Below are positions 1 to 12,343 of a stretch of 64,000 nucleotides of DNA, piece by piece. Made by a program: the position numbers and the translations under genes. Numbering within the stretch: position 1 is the stretch's first letter; each line of letters starts with the position of its first letter. The stretch comes from Anthoceros angustus (lineage: Eukaryota > Plantae > Anthocerotophyta), in assembly GCA_010909165.1 (NCBI GenBank), contig MU008159.1:2480001-2544000 (forward strand), written 5' to 3'. The notes under the pieces were generated by a model. That model had not been told where the DNA came from. It worked only from the letters and a program-made list of their open reading frames with translations, and ran no database searches.

Positions 1-1665
1 AACCAAGTGCAGTATGGGCACACAAAATGACGGTACAACACAATTTGCGATTATGTTCCAAATCGCCAAAACCGTGTCTCTATTCGATGGACCTTATTTT
101 TTAGGACAACACATGATAAGACCGGCTGTCGACAAATGTTCAAGCGCATCCACGATTCGGTCCCACACTTTTACGAAGTTTTGGAGGAATGAATTCAAAG
201 ACAATAATTTTTTGGCCACGTTCTTTTCGGTCCTCGAAAAGTGGATGCCAAATTTCTTCAAAACCATAATAACGTACATGGTTTTACGGGACATGCTTTT
301 TGGATATGATGATGGGAAAGTTTCGCCTTTTGACCCATTTCAACGGAATCCGCCGATATTGCGCAGACTTTGTTCTTCAACAACAATGCTCCTAGTTGGA
401 TCTCTTTTGCATCCTTTGTAGCCCCTGGCCTATACAACTTGAGAAGTGGTAGGTGACTAAACACCTCCAAAATGTCTCTACGACATTCTGCCGTGTATGC
501 AGCGGTAAGGCATAAAAACTGATTGGCTAGCGTACGAGCAACTTCTTGCTTGCGACGCACCGAGCATTCCCTAATACCAGAATTGGCTGCAAGAGCCCGC
601 TGTCGCTCTCTATGCTTCTGCACACGGGCTGTTGATGTTTTGACGCCCTCTCCTTCAACTCTACCAGAAGGAGCATCCTCCCCTACTCCCCTTGCCGCTG
701 CTGGAGGAAGTGTCTCCTCGTTTCACATCTGCTCCTATCCACCTCCAAGATGTATCCCTACCCTTCTTCCTCCCACACCCTGGACACCAGCTTCACGTGA
801 AGCACCTTGATTTGTGCTTCACTTTGTTCAATGACAACGTTTGGCTGCTGCCTATCGACTCCGTTGTTGGGAAGGTGACCGAGCCATAGCACCGTCCCAA
901 AAACAGCCAAGAGTTTGAAGGCACCAACTCCAACGCCATGGCACTATCCACCGTATTTGAAGTAGCACACCGCCCCCGCACTATCCACCAACGCAGCGCC
1001 GCGGACCTACTTGCAACTTGTAGCGCCGTCCGAACCTGATCCGCTCCTTCCACCACGTCCTGCACATGTAGCCCTGGAGCTTGTCACGATTAACAGCCTA
1101 GCCTACAGAGTTCAAGTTGAGTTCTACAGTACATAGGTCATTTGCCAGCACAAAAGCGGTATGCACGTACTCCAGTCCCGCCTGCACCCTGTAAATCATA
1201 TTCAACCCTAAACCATAAATCCGACCAGGATTTTTAAACTCGCAACATTTCGAAGGCAGCGCGTGGGCGGGCCCGTTCCTGGGCCACGGGTTCATGAAAT
1301 GAAGCGGCAAAAGGCCAGCTATGTGGGGACATTGTCCTTAAACAAGTTGAATTTTTTAAGCATATTTTAATATACCATTCTTTATTAAATTTTAATCCTA
1401 GATAAAAATAGACATTACTATAACATGTAAAAAAAATCAGACAAGTTGGAAAAGAAATGAATTTTTCATAATTGTAGACATTGCGTGAGGACAAAATAAG
1501 AGCGTTTCAACCGTTTCTAACTAAAGTGAGCACCTAACCATGCACGCACCCTGAAGTGCACCATGCTCTAGCTTATCTTGGTCAGTTACTCAGACCTGGT
1601 TGTTGAGCGACATGTGTATTGCACCCTAGTCATGTGCTGTGTGTTTCTCCTCTGCTTGGTGTGCC

Positions 1666-1834
1666 CAATGTCAATTTATCTGCAGTTTGTTCCACTAGTG
1701 TGTACAATGCCACTTTGCTTGCAATTCTGTTCCACTCTGCCACATGTGTGTTCATATGCCCAATGCCACTTTTCCTGCATATTTGTTCTACCTGGTGGGC
1801 ACAATGCCACTTTGCCTGCAACGATGTTCCACTG
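1666..1834. repeat. Degenerate minisatellite, 4 units, probably intronic
   Basis: Motif CAATGCCACTTTGC(C/T)TGCA..TGTTCCACT recurs at about 1666, 1706, 1761 and 1802, just upstream of an AG acceptor at 1869-1870. Confidence 0.7.
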
Positions 1835-1870
1835 GAAGGGTGGATGGGTAATTTACTAGACTATGTACAG

Positions 1871-2214
1871 GTGAAGGCAGCACGCGAAGGAAGAGCAAGG
1901 TGGCTACCATCCTCAGCGACCACCTGATCCGTATCGCTGGGGAGTTGACAAATGTAAATCTGCAACTTGACAAGGTGGATGCCACTGCAAAAGAGGTAAA
2001 GCAAGCATTGACTAGTGAAAAACAAAGGCTTGGGGAGGTGGCATTCGACATTCGCAAGTGTTCCCAAGAAATGGAGATGGTGCAGAAGAGCATTGAAGAG
2101 GACGAAACTTTTGAGGACATTCAAGGGCACAGATCCCTGCTCAGCCACCTTTCGGGCCAGCTTCAAGCCTTGTACACTCTGGAGAAGAGCCTATACCTTC
2201 GGTTGAGGAGCTAG
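1871..2214 (+). CDS. Putative terminal exon of an unknown coiled-coil protein
   Basis: Acceptor-like ...tgtacAG at 1870, then an open frame GEGSTRRKSKVATILSDHLIRIAGELTNVNLQLDKVDATAKEVKQAL...LYLRLRS* with heptad-like Leu/Glu/Lys pattern. Upstream exons not identified. Confidence 0.35.
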
Positions 2215-3514
2215 AGACGGAGGACTGCCACGCCCAACATGAGCTTCAGCAGCAAGCTTGCATCATCGACCGGAAGGAACGGATGTTCAACATCCTCAAG
2301 TCTCTTCCAGCAGTCATGGATGTTGAAGTGGAAGGGAGGCCTGGTCGCACCAACTTTCTTCCAGCGCCCTTGGAGTGGACGACCGGGCCAACCATTGCTG
2401 TGAATGCTTGCCCTACATGTGCTAGGTATTCTTTTGGTGTACTGTGTGGATCTATTTACTTGTCTGGAACTGGTGCAGCTTATCCTGTGGAGAGTGGAAA
2501 TGGATAATTAAAACAGTTGGGCAACTAGGGTCCTTCCCAACTAGCCATACATTTTGGAAAAAGATCCACGTAGTTGGAGCTTAGTGGCCAAGAAGTTAGA
2601 CACCACGTGCGCAGTCCTACAATTCGGCGGGCTCGTCACTTGGAGATTAAGGGAGCGCTTAATACATTCTTGAGATTCAAGAACGGATGGATTTACTCCA
2701 TCAGGCAGTAAACCGAGCCTGGCAAGGTCTGCAAGCTCTGAGCAGAAGGAAAGGGCACAGAACGAGATCCCGAGGACGGGTTCAACAAATATCCGGCAAC
2801 AAATATCGGGCATCTCATATTAATATTTAAGTTTTAAAATCCTTTATCGTGCGGCAAGTAAGCATTAAGGGAAGGGACCCTTGCGAAGCAGTTCGGTTTC
2901 GTCCTGTCGGTGCATACATATGTAGATACCGGAACCCCATTTCACGCCATAGGAACCGTTACGTTGTGAGAGTGCAAGGATCCCTGAGGTGTAAAGTGGA
3001 TGACAGCGGAAGCTGTGATGGACGGTGGGAACGTGGCTCGTTTGTGGTATGTCTAATGTGTCCCGTGTCCCGCCTGGAACAAAGTTGACTAAATCTATTG
3101 ACAAGAATGCGCGAGCCGAACTTCGCGTTACTGCCGCGCCTGTTTTTTATTTTGGTCGTTTCCTAACTGGAAGGATCCCTAAGATCAGATTTTCCCGCTG
3201 TGTGCCAGTCGAGGACGCGCTCAGTGCTGCCTCCACTAAGCCCCAGTGGCGGGGCTCCAGCATCCCACCAGCATCAGCGCATGAATCCGCCGCTCAATGT
3301 TGCCGTCTGCCTGTGGGACACTCGCCAGCCATGGATCGCTTCCAGGTCGAGCTGCGGGCTGGGGAAATGGCCATGGGAGGATGCTGGACTGGAGCTGGTC
3401 ACGGATCTGGTAGCGGGAATTCGAGATGATCAGATCGCGTAGGTCGAAGGCCAGATCACGCTGAGTAAGGGAGGCCGTGTGCGGATCGAGGACCAGGTTG
3501 CAAAGGCCCGGGCA

Positions 3515-6040
3515 ATGGAGCGCAAAATGGAACGGTTGTTCTCGGCTAGTAGGTTCAATCTTGGACGACAGTCCTCTCTGAAGCCAGAAGATCCGTCTCA
3601 AGATGAGGACAACAAGTTCCCCACGGCTGAGGACATGGAGGACACAATCCAATTGCTCTTCTACGCTCACGAGGGGAATAAGGACGGAATAGAGTCGCTT
3701 CTTGCGAGAGGACTGGACGTGAACTCCCCGGATATTGACGACCGCACCGCATTGCACGTGGCTTCCTGCGAAGGCCATTTGGAGGTGGTCAAGTTTCTCA
3801 TTGAGAAAGGTGCCAATGTGAACGCGGAAGACCGATGGGGAAGCACGGTGATGCTCGGCTTTGTGGTGGTGTTTGTGCTGTGCTTCAATGGCTTCTTCAA
3901 TTTTGCGCTTTTGCACTCATTCATGCGTATAGCGGTAGCGTGTCCCAGGTTGGTGCATTTGCACACGTTGACTCTCTTGGTAATTGGTGGTTTCCAGCCG
4001 TTGCGAGATGCAAACCACTACGAGATGAAGGAGGTGTCGGAGTTGCTAGAGAAACACGGTGGAAGAATACCTGTGAAGTCCTTTCACCGGACCTGTGTGT
4101 GAACAGTTTGCTTGAAATGGCAGCTCATTCCTTGGGCTACGTTTGCTTTAGGATATCGTGGTAGGTTGTTTGCTTGAAACTTTCCGAACCTGCTTTGTGA
4201 TATGTTGTGGCTCATCTTTTTTGTTTGCAGAAAACCTTTTCATCCATGCGCACTGAGACTCCGCCCGAATATGAAATCAACCCTGACCTGCTGCTTTTCG
4301 TCAAAGACATTGTAAGTGCAATTTGTTCAGCCCAGTCGTGTTCTCACGTCCTTAGTCCCGTTGGAAGTTTCTTTTGGCCTCGCTGTCTTTTGTTGGAGTA
4401 CGTTTTTCAGCATCAAACATTTTTGCTATCTCAGGCCGGCAAAGGCAACTATAGGGAGTACAACATGACAGGTACCAAAGTTGTTGTGAAAACTCTATCC
4501 AGCCGAGCAGTGACAAGCGAGAATCTGTAAGTGTTGCGGGTTGTGTAGATGCAGGCATTGACTCTGCGAGAACGGGTGTTAGGAGACTGACGTTCTTCGG
4601 ATGTTTGCAGAACATCGTTCAGAGATGAGCTGACAGTATTGCAAAAGCTGAGGCACCCAAACGTTGTCCAGTTTCTTGGTGCCGTTACTCAGACAACGCC
4701 TATGATGATTGTGACCGAGTATCTTCCCACTGTACGTGCATGCTTATGATAAGTGGCTCTGAATCTGAATTAAGCGAGGTCTTGTGGGGATATTATTGCA
4801 GATGAACAAGCCTTGATGACATGTGGGATTATGTTATTACCCTAATGGCAGGTTCTGCGCAATTATCTGGACAAGCATAAAAAGCTGGAGCCCGTAAAAG
4901 CAGTGAAATTTGCTCTTGATGTGGCAAGGTAAAGGTTGTTCAAACATGTGAAAAACGAGACGAGCTCAAGCCTCTGGAGCTCGTCAATTCTGAGATTTTC
5001 TGCCTGTCCTGTATGCGTGACCAGAGGAATGAATTATCTACATGAACGCAAGCCAGAAGCAATTATCCTTCATGATCTGAGTCCAAGGTAATGTTAACAT
5101 CCGTGCTCGGTGTCCTGTTTTCAATGCGTTCTGTCCACTACCACAAGGAGCCAGTGAGTCCTAATGTTGGTCTGTCTGAAGAAGTTTCTGGGACAAACCA
5201 CTCATCAATCTACCTTCCAGCAAGCTATCAGAAGCCTCATGCGGGACAAAGGAGGTCATGTGAAGGTGGCAGGCTTCGGTGCAAGTCTACTGAGGCGTGA
5301 GCGTAATGGAGGCCGCGTTTCCTATTCTGAGTTCAGCGCAAAGGTCGGGCCAGAATACGACCACGCAGACGAAAGCTGTAAGTCCTACTTGCGCAATGGT
5401 TATCTGGCTCACTGCTGAAGTGGACCTCATCTGCTAGTCTATCCAGAAAGGACTCCGTTAGAGTGTAGTCTAACCCCCGGTTCGGCTGCCAGGTCGTTAT
5501 ATGGCTCCCGAGTTGATCAGAAAAGAAGATTATGACTGCCGTGTGGATGTCTTCTCCTTCGCGTTAATTGTTCAGGAGGTAATTGGTTCTAGTGGGAAAT
5601 GATGTCATCTTGCCTCTTCTGTTTCTCAGGAACTTTCTGCGGCTGTAAGATTCTAAGACGCCCATCTTTCCGTTGCAGATGATTGAGGGTTCCATTCCCT
5701 TTGCAGAGAAGTCGGCCAAGGAGGCTGCCAAGTGTTATGCCCAAGGTGACAGGCCTCCATTCAAGGCCAGCATGCGGCATTATCCTGGCAACTTGAAGGG
5801 GTGAGAACTTGGGCAGCCACCCAAATGATCCTAGCTTTGCGGCTTGTCTGCCTGACTAATAGTAAGATGTGATTTGGCAGGCTCATAGAAGAATGTTGGC
5901 ACGGTGATCCAAACAAGAGACCAATGTTTAAGCACATTATCAGGGAGCTTGAAGAGATCCACCGGCATTTCAAAGAGAGAAAGTGGCTCGCAAAGGTGAA
6001 GAAGTTCATCAAGGACAGGGGCTCATCCCGAGGTGTCTGA
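3515..6040 (+). CDS. Ankyrin-repeat Raf-like protein kinase, plant integrin-linked kinase (ILK/BHP) family; probable pseudokinase
   Basis: Manual splicing with GT-AG introns gives exons 3515-3847, 3998-4072, 4231-4311, 4435-4526, 4611-4731, 4852-4928, 5025-5087, 5232-5377, 5493-5578, 5679-5800, 5881-6040 = 1356 nt, 451 aa, no frameshift. Family motifs: RFNLGRQSS; ankyrin DIDDRTALHVASCEGH / DRWGSTPLRDA; PEYEINP; LRHPNVVQFLGAVTQTTPMMIVTEYLP; ALDVARGMNYLHE; RYMAPE; DVFSFALIVQEMIEG; LIEECWHGDPNKRP. Confidence 0.95.
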
Positions 6041-6181
6041 TGTAGTTTGGCACCAGGCCTCAACGCGGCCTATACCGATCACCTTAAGGAGAAGAAGAAT
6101 TTTATCTTTTAAGTCCAAGATTTTTATTTAAGTCTAGGAAGGACGGATTTCTGCCATGGGATTTGGTACTTGATAACTTGG

Positions 6182-6352
6182 ACCATGGTGTGCCTTAGCT
6201 ACTTACACCAAGGGCATCCATTCCCTTTAAGCACCCCATCTAAGTACCGAACTAAGCATCCGATGCTTGATGTTCACTTGACAACTTGTGCCATGTTGTG
6301 CCTAAGCCACTGACACCAAGGGCATCCATTCCCTTTAAACACCCCATCTAAG
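6182..6352. repeat. About 62-bp imperfect direct repeat downstream of the kinase
   Basis: CCATG.TGTGCCT.AGC.ACT.ACACCAAGGGCATCCATTCCCTTTAA.CACCCCATCTAAG at about 6183 and 6291. Confidence 0.8.
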
Positions 6353-6580
6353 CGCAGGATGCTTAATAACGATGTATTGACGGCCAGGAAGCTCGTATTA
6401 TAATAATAGGTACTTTCCTCTTTTTTTTTTTGCCCTCAAATCCACACCATTTGATGCTTCCTAAATCATCGCAAGCCAGTCGGGACAGAAAGTCGAGGTC
6501 TTTTTTTTTATTGTGAATAAAATCTATTCTATAAAATGTTTGAGACGACTCTATTGCTCCCCCAAGTTCCGTTGCCGGGA

Positions 6581-6713
6581 TTAGACCCCGAGTTGCTCGA
6601 ATGCTTTTCCATCGATACCCGATGGCCATTAAGGCAAATACGGTTAGACCCCGGGTCGCTCGAATGCTTTTCCATCGATACCCGATGGCCATTAAGGCAA
6701 ATACGGTCAGACC
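6581..6713. repeat. 63-bp tandem duplication, each unit with a small hairpin
   Basis: TTAGACCCCG..GCTCGAATGCTTTTCCATCGATACCCGATGGCCATTAAGGCAAATACGG x2; internal CCATCG-n5-CGATGG. Confidence 0.9.
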
Positions 6714-6966
6714 CGTGCGAACGCGCAACTCGATGTACCCTGGCTTCATATCGACATATACGACATAGCAACATCAGTTTGTGGTTCTCCTTGCATACCC
6801 GGGTTTTTGCACCCGTTCTCTGTACTAGCATTTCCATACCCGACTTTCCATACCAGGGATGAAAGGTTTCTAAACCCGTCGGTTTCAAGTCGAGGTTTCA
6901 AATCAGGTTTTCAAAGCTATGCACTTCTTATCGCGGGTGAAGCGATCTAGAAAGAAAGCGGTGCGT

Positions 6967-7605
6967 ATGCGAGACAGACGCTAATCACGCCTGCGATGCG
7001 AGACAGACGCTAATCTGCCCGTGCGAATGCGGAGATAGGACACCTAATTTGCTGCCCGGTGCACGTGCGGAGACAGGACGCCTAATCTGCTGCCCGGTGC
7101 AGATGCGGAGACAGACGCCTAATCTGCCCGGTGCGGTCACGGAGCAGGGCGCTAATCTGCTGCCCGGTGCAATTGCGGAGACATGACGTTTGTCTGCTGC
7201 CCGGTGCGAGATGCGAGACAGACGCCTAATCTGCCCGTGCGGTCACGGAGCAGGGCGCCTAATCTGCCCGGTCGGTCACGGAGCAGGGCGCCTGTCTGCT
7301 GCCCGTGCGAATGCGGAGATAGGACACCTAATTTCTTTGCCCGGTGCGGTGCGAGACAGGGCGCCTAATCTGCCCGGTGCGAGATGCGAGACAGGGCGCC
7401 TAATCTGCCCGGTGCGGTCACGGAGCAGGGCGCTAATCTGCTGCCCGTGCAATTGCGGAGACATGACGTTTGTCTGCTGCCCGGTGCGAGACAGACGCCT
7501 AATCTGCCCGTGCGGTCACGGAGCAGGGCGCCTAATCGCCCGGTGCGGTCACGGAGCAGGGCGCCTGTCTGCTGCCCGGTGCGGTGCGAGCAGGCGCCTA
7601 ATGTG
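6967..7605 (+). repeat. GC-rich tandem array of roughly 30-40 bp units with alternating variants
   Basis: Recurrent GCGCCTAATCTG(CTG)CCCGGTGC joined by either GGTCACGGAGCAGG or (A)GATGCG(G)AGACAG; more than 15 units. Confidence 0.9.
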
Positions 7606-7909
7606 CAGAACTCAAGCGAACTTCGTACCTTCAAACATTCCCGAGAATTCAACTCGCTTTTTGCATGTGTTCAACTTGTGAAGTGGCGTGTTGTGATAGT
7701 TTCTTTGTGCGCAGACCCCATTTGGCTGATGCCCTGCAGGTGACTCCTTGATTCCTGCACGAATACAGCAGGTCATTTGGCCTCTCATACGAAGGAGGAG
7801 TTAGGGAATTTATGGATGAAACTCTTTGCTCTCCTGTTGATTAGTGTGATGAGAACTTCATACCAGATCCTTGCCGCTTGAAATTGGGTCCACACTCCTA
7901 CCATCAAGT

Positions 7910-8013
7910 GCAGCAGATTAGGAGTCTTGTCTCCGCATCTGCACCGGGCAGCAGATTAGGCGTCATGTCTCCGCATCTGCACCGGGCAGCACATTAGGCG
8001 TCCTGTCTCCGCA
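7910..8013 (-). repeat. Inverted copies (about 3) of the 6967-7605 repeat unit
   Basis: GCAGCAGATTAGGCGTC.TGTCTCCGCATCTGCACCGG is the reverse complement of CCGGTGCAGATGCGGAGACA.GACGCCTAATCTGCTGC. Confidence 0.9.
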
Positions 8014-8112
8014 TTTGGGCTTAACCAAAATTGTCTCACTGGTTAGCAGGATGCGTGCGTTGGATGCTGCTTTCGCTGTGTGCATGCAGGAGTCAAGTAC
8101 GTAGGGAGCTGC

Positions 8113-8760
8113 CCCTACTAGAAAGGGCAGCCTATGTTACAATTGTTGTTGCAATTTTATGTTACACTTCTAATTTGCAACATCATTTGGAGGCTTGGTA
8201 TTAAGTTTGTCATTTCTTTCCCCAAGTGGGCCTACAATCGAATCTGAGCACGGCTCTCTCCTACCACTTCACCCTCTTAACTACATCCCTCTCTCATCCG
8301 CATTGTTTATGAATTCCCTCATGCAATTGCAACATGACTGTAACAAGGACCCCTCTCTCTCTTCTCTATCAGTCCCCCTCTTTATTACACTCCATTGGGA
8401 GTACAATTAGTTAAGGTTTTTCCTAGCGCTCTTCATTGCACTCTCTCTTCACAACTATTTGTTAATGGTGCCCAGACCTGGATATCACAGTAACATGCCC
8501 ATTAACTGTCACCTTCTCCTTCCACCTCACAAGGTCATAATTCCTTTATCAACCTTTTTTCTTTACTATAGCTATTATTGGCTTGTATACTAATTGTTTA
8601 TGGCTTTTGCCATATATACTGGTAGAAATGGAATACACGTTACCTTTGTACGTATAGGTACCTACTTGTAGATATATTTTTGTGCATATATGATGTATAA
8701 CAACGGATTTGTACATCAATACTGGATTATTCTATTGTTTTCCATACATACGTATGTTTA
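8113..8760. mobile_element. Orphan terminus of a CCCTA-ended CACTA-superfamily element (right limit uncertain, may run to about 10845)
   Basis: CCCTACTAGAAAGGGCAGCCTATGTTACA nearly matches the 30-bp TIR at 33820/59718. The following TTGCAA/GTTACAC subterminal motifs and TTTGGAGG.TTGGT.TTAAGTTTGT match the reverse complement of 59620-59690. No partner TIR seen. Confidence 0.75.
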
Positions 8761-10846
8761 CAGTACACAGATATCGTTTTCCTGCTGGTGTTGAGCGTCT
8801 ATATTGCACATTTTGGCGTGGTGTGCGTATTCGTGTACAAGTCCTATGTTACCACTTTCTGTTGCAGTTGCAAAATCGTGTGGCTCAAATGATTTCGAAC
8901 ACGCGATTAGTGACTCGTCACCATCTGCCTCCTCCACTACACCAACACGGAGTACATGGACGAGAGGGTCCCTTTATAGATACCTGTCTCCTGCCCGAGC
9001 TACAGCTATTCATAAAACATCATGCGCCTGCCACGCAATTGCCAATCGCTGACCTTCTTCGATTGTATGCACGGGAAGGGAAGCCTGAATCCATGTGGCT
9101 ATGTTCTTGTCGCAACCATTCAGGCTTGTGTAATGGGAGCAGACTTCAAAGCTGGGCAGTTGTACCTACGCTAGGAGGCTGTGCTCGTGTGTTCCTCCTT
9201 CGGCATGTGTCCAACAAGCCGATGTAGCTTAATGCGGTGACTATAGAAGGAGGACATCAAGCTTGCTATGAGACCCGAACGACTATGACTTGAAGAGTTA
9301 GAGGCCATCTTCTCCGACATCTGTCCAAATCGTGGCAGCTTGGAAAATGTTCAAACGGAGTTGGAGAAGGATCATGATCTCGTGGCCTTCCCAAGGAGAA
9401 GGATAGTGGGAATGGGACAATCCATCGAAACGGATAGTAGGGCGAAGGATGTGAGGCGGCAAGGCATTCGAGTCGCAGAAGGGGAGCCCCACTGTGGTGG
9501 AGGACAAATGCGCACGAATGTGCAGGAAGGTAGGACGAATGGCAGGGGACAACAAGGCAGAAGTGGAACCCGACATGGACAGGGACGTAACGAGATGAAT
9601 GATCGACCATGGCGGGGCGTCAAGGCAGGTGGTAGGCCATGGAGCACACAATCAGAGAACAAACAAAACAGGGGTGCGACCGGCGAGAGAAGGAAACGCT
9701 TACACGGTGGGGCAAACGCATGACAGTCCCAAGGCAGCCAAGGGCAAGGCGACTGACATCGTCGACTATGGCAAGGGCGATGAGGTGGTGGTCCCAGCGA
9801 CACCTCGAACGGCCGTGGTTGTGGCAGAACCCAGCGGTGGTCATGATCGTAGAGGGGGGGACATGGTGGCTATGGGTGGCTCGGGAAAAAACGGGGCCAA
9901 CCAAGAACATGGTACGTAGGGAGAGCAGTGTCAGCATTAAGTGAGTTGTACATGGGGCTAGGTATAGATGCAGGGAATGGCATTATACAGCGAACATCAA
10001 GGCTGGTAGGGGCGCAACAGGATGGGCAGGAGGAAGAATGGAGGGCAGGGGGAGCGTGGGGTCACCACATGTGTGCCGAATGCTGCAAAACAAACGTTGC
10101 CCTCAATGGGGGCAGCCAGGGAATGGAGGCTAGAGACAGAAATGAGACATCTGTCACGGGGATTCCAGCAGCCTGCAATGGACAGTCTGACGGCGTCACG
10201 GCATGGTGACGAGGAGGAAGAGAACAGGGAGGTGGCGGAAGAGGAGGGAGATGTGAACGAGCCCGTATTGAACTTTATACCCGACACAGACCTGGCCGAG
10301 TCAGAGGCTGAGAGCATGGACCCGCACAGCGGGCTCCAGATCGTGACGCAAGTCATGGAGAAGGGAGGAGGCCGGAAGAGGAAAGGAAGAGGAATGCCTG
10401 GCTAGGCGGATGGGGAAGAAAGAGTAACACGATCGAGGGCTGTGCCAGCCAAGGGATGGTGATAAGCACACAACTGCTTGTAGGAAGTGGGCGGAAACAA
10501 AACAAAGAGAAGGCTGCGAAGGTAAGCTTGCAGATTGCAAGTGCACTGATGGCCACGTATATATACTTACAGGCCAAGGGCATGGGAATGGCATGTGGTC
10601 ATCTGTTATTGCAGAAATCCCAGGAAACAGGTGGAATCACAGAGGTGCAGCACGGAAGGAAAATGGCAGCAGACCGGAGGAGGAAGGGCAAGGGCAAAAT
10701 TGCTAGCCTTGTGGGAGGTGGACAGTTTCCAGCTGCTGCATACGACGAGGAGTAGGCATGCTCTTAAACGAGGACGGGCGAGGCAGCAGAAAATGCGCAC
10801 CACAACTCCAAATTCACACCTCCCGGGCGAGGAGGGAACACGGTAG

Positions 10847-12343
10847 ATCCCTTCCATTGCCGTGATTGAAGGATCTGCTCTTGGTGAGGGCTTGGAGTTG
10901 GCTCTATCATGTGACTTGCGAATCTGTGGTGATTATCTGCACAAAGCTTGCATTTGGACATGGCCAAAGTTTCATACACCCATGACGACAGGGTGCATAG
11001 TCACTCACTTTGCTAGCCTCATCTTTGCTACAGGGCTGGATGCTATCCTTGGGTTGCCTGAGACAAGCCTAGCTATTATTCCTGGGTACGACAGAGCTTC
11101 CTTTTCAAGCGATGCGCTCGCATCCTATAATCTCATGCAAGATGTTGTTCATTACAGCAGGCGCAACTCGAGGCTCCCAAGACTTGATTTTTGGAAGAGC
11201 ACGTGCCAAGAGCTTATCTTCACCGCAGTAATCGATGCACTATATGCTTCAGATAGATGAGTGATCCTTCTAGTACAATCGCGTTTTGACGTGAGGCGTT
11301 ACCTGTCACTAAGTCTTTTATATCGGTGACAAGACTCGTAAACCATGCCGTGGAGTCGGGAGGTGCTTACGAGAAGGCCCTTGAAATTGCTCGAGAGATC
11401 ATGCAGTAGGTATTACCAGGTTTCTCAGTTTCTTTGATCAACCACTACTTGGAACCTACAACTGAATCGAAACCGTCGCTTGTTGCAGGGCCCATTGCCG
11501 TTAAAATGGCAAAGGTTGCCATAGACCGTGGAATAGAGGTAGAAAAATCTTCCGGTCTGGTCATGGAGGAGGCATGTTATGCTCGACGCACAGCTCAAGG
11601 ACTGGAGGGAAAAGACATTGCCGAGAAGAGGAAGCCTTTCTACAAAGGGAATAGGTAAGATTAGATGCAGCTATTGAATACCTAGCCGTTAGTACCCCTT
11701 TAGTCTTATAAAGGTGCACCTCGCCTCGTAGTCAACTATCTACTCCGGATGTTCCATCAACTTAAAGCTTCAAATTGTAATGGAAATTCAGCGATGCGCT
11801 CGCATCCTATAATCTCATGCAAGATGTTGTTCATTACAGGTCAGGCGCCTCGAGGCTCCCAAGACCGATTGGAAGAGCACGTGCCGAAGAGCTTATCTTC
11901 ACTGCCCGCAGAATCGATGCACTATATGCTTCACAGATAGATGAGCTGATCCTTCTAGTACAACTGTGCTCTTGACGTGAGACGTTACCCTGTCACTAAG
12001 TCTTTTATACTGGTGACAAGACTCGTAAACCATGCCGTGGAGTCGGGAGGTGCTTACGAGAAGGCCCTTGAAATTGCTCGAGAGATCATGCAGTAGGTAT
12101 TACCAGGTTTCTCAGTTTCTTTGATCAACCACTACTTGGAACCTACAACTGAATCGAAACCGTGCTTGAGGGCCCATTGTTAAAATGGCAAAGGTTGCCA
12201 TAGACCGTGGAATAGAGGTAGAAAAATCTTCCGGTCGGTCATGGAGGAGGCATGTTATGCTCGACGCTACACACCAAGGGCCGGTGGAGGGCTAGCAGAC
12301 ATTGCCGAGAAGAGGAAGCCTTTCTACAAAGGGGAATAGGTAA
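10847..12343 (+). pseudogene. 3' half of an enoyl-CoA hydratase / methylglutaconyl-CoA hydratase-like (crotonase) gene, last exons present twice
   Basis: IPSIAVIEGSALGEGLELALSCDLRIC, LGLPETSLAIIPG, RLPRxIGRARAEELIFTARRIDA, LVNHAVESGGAYEKALEIAREI, GPIAVKMAKVAIDRGIEVE..GLVMEEACY, AEKRKPFYKG, separated by introns. No 5' exons. In-frame TAG (11406-11408) and damaged splice sites occur in both copies. Confidence 0.85.

Noticed and set aside
14-1070. Minus-strand ORF remnants (STARVQKHRERQR...)
   Set aside because: Possibly TE-derived, but truncated by the window edge and lacking any motif I can assign.
3281-3514. N-terminal extension of the kinase by read-through of TAG 3440-3442
   Set aside because: In frame, but family similarity begins just after Met 3515 and nothing supports read-through; at most a uORF.
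6967-7605. CRISPR-like array
   Set aside because: Intervening segments are themselves repeated rather than unique spacers; no cas genes; eukaryotic context.
8709-10846. Host genes in the 8.7-10.8 kb ORFs
   Set aside because: No recognisable domains or consistent exon structure; they follow a transposon terminus and weakly resemble sequence inside element 2.
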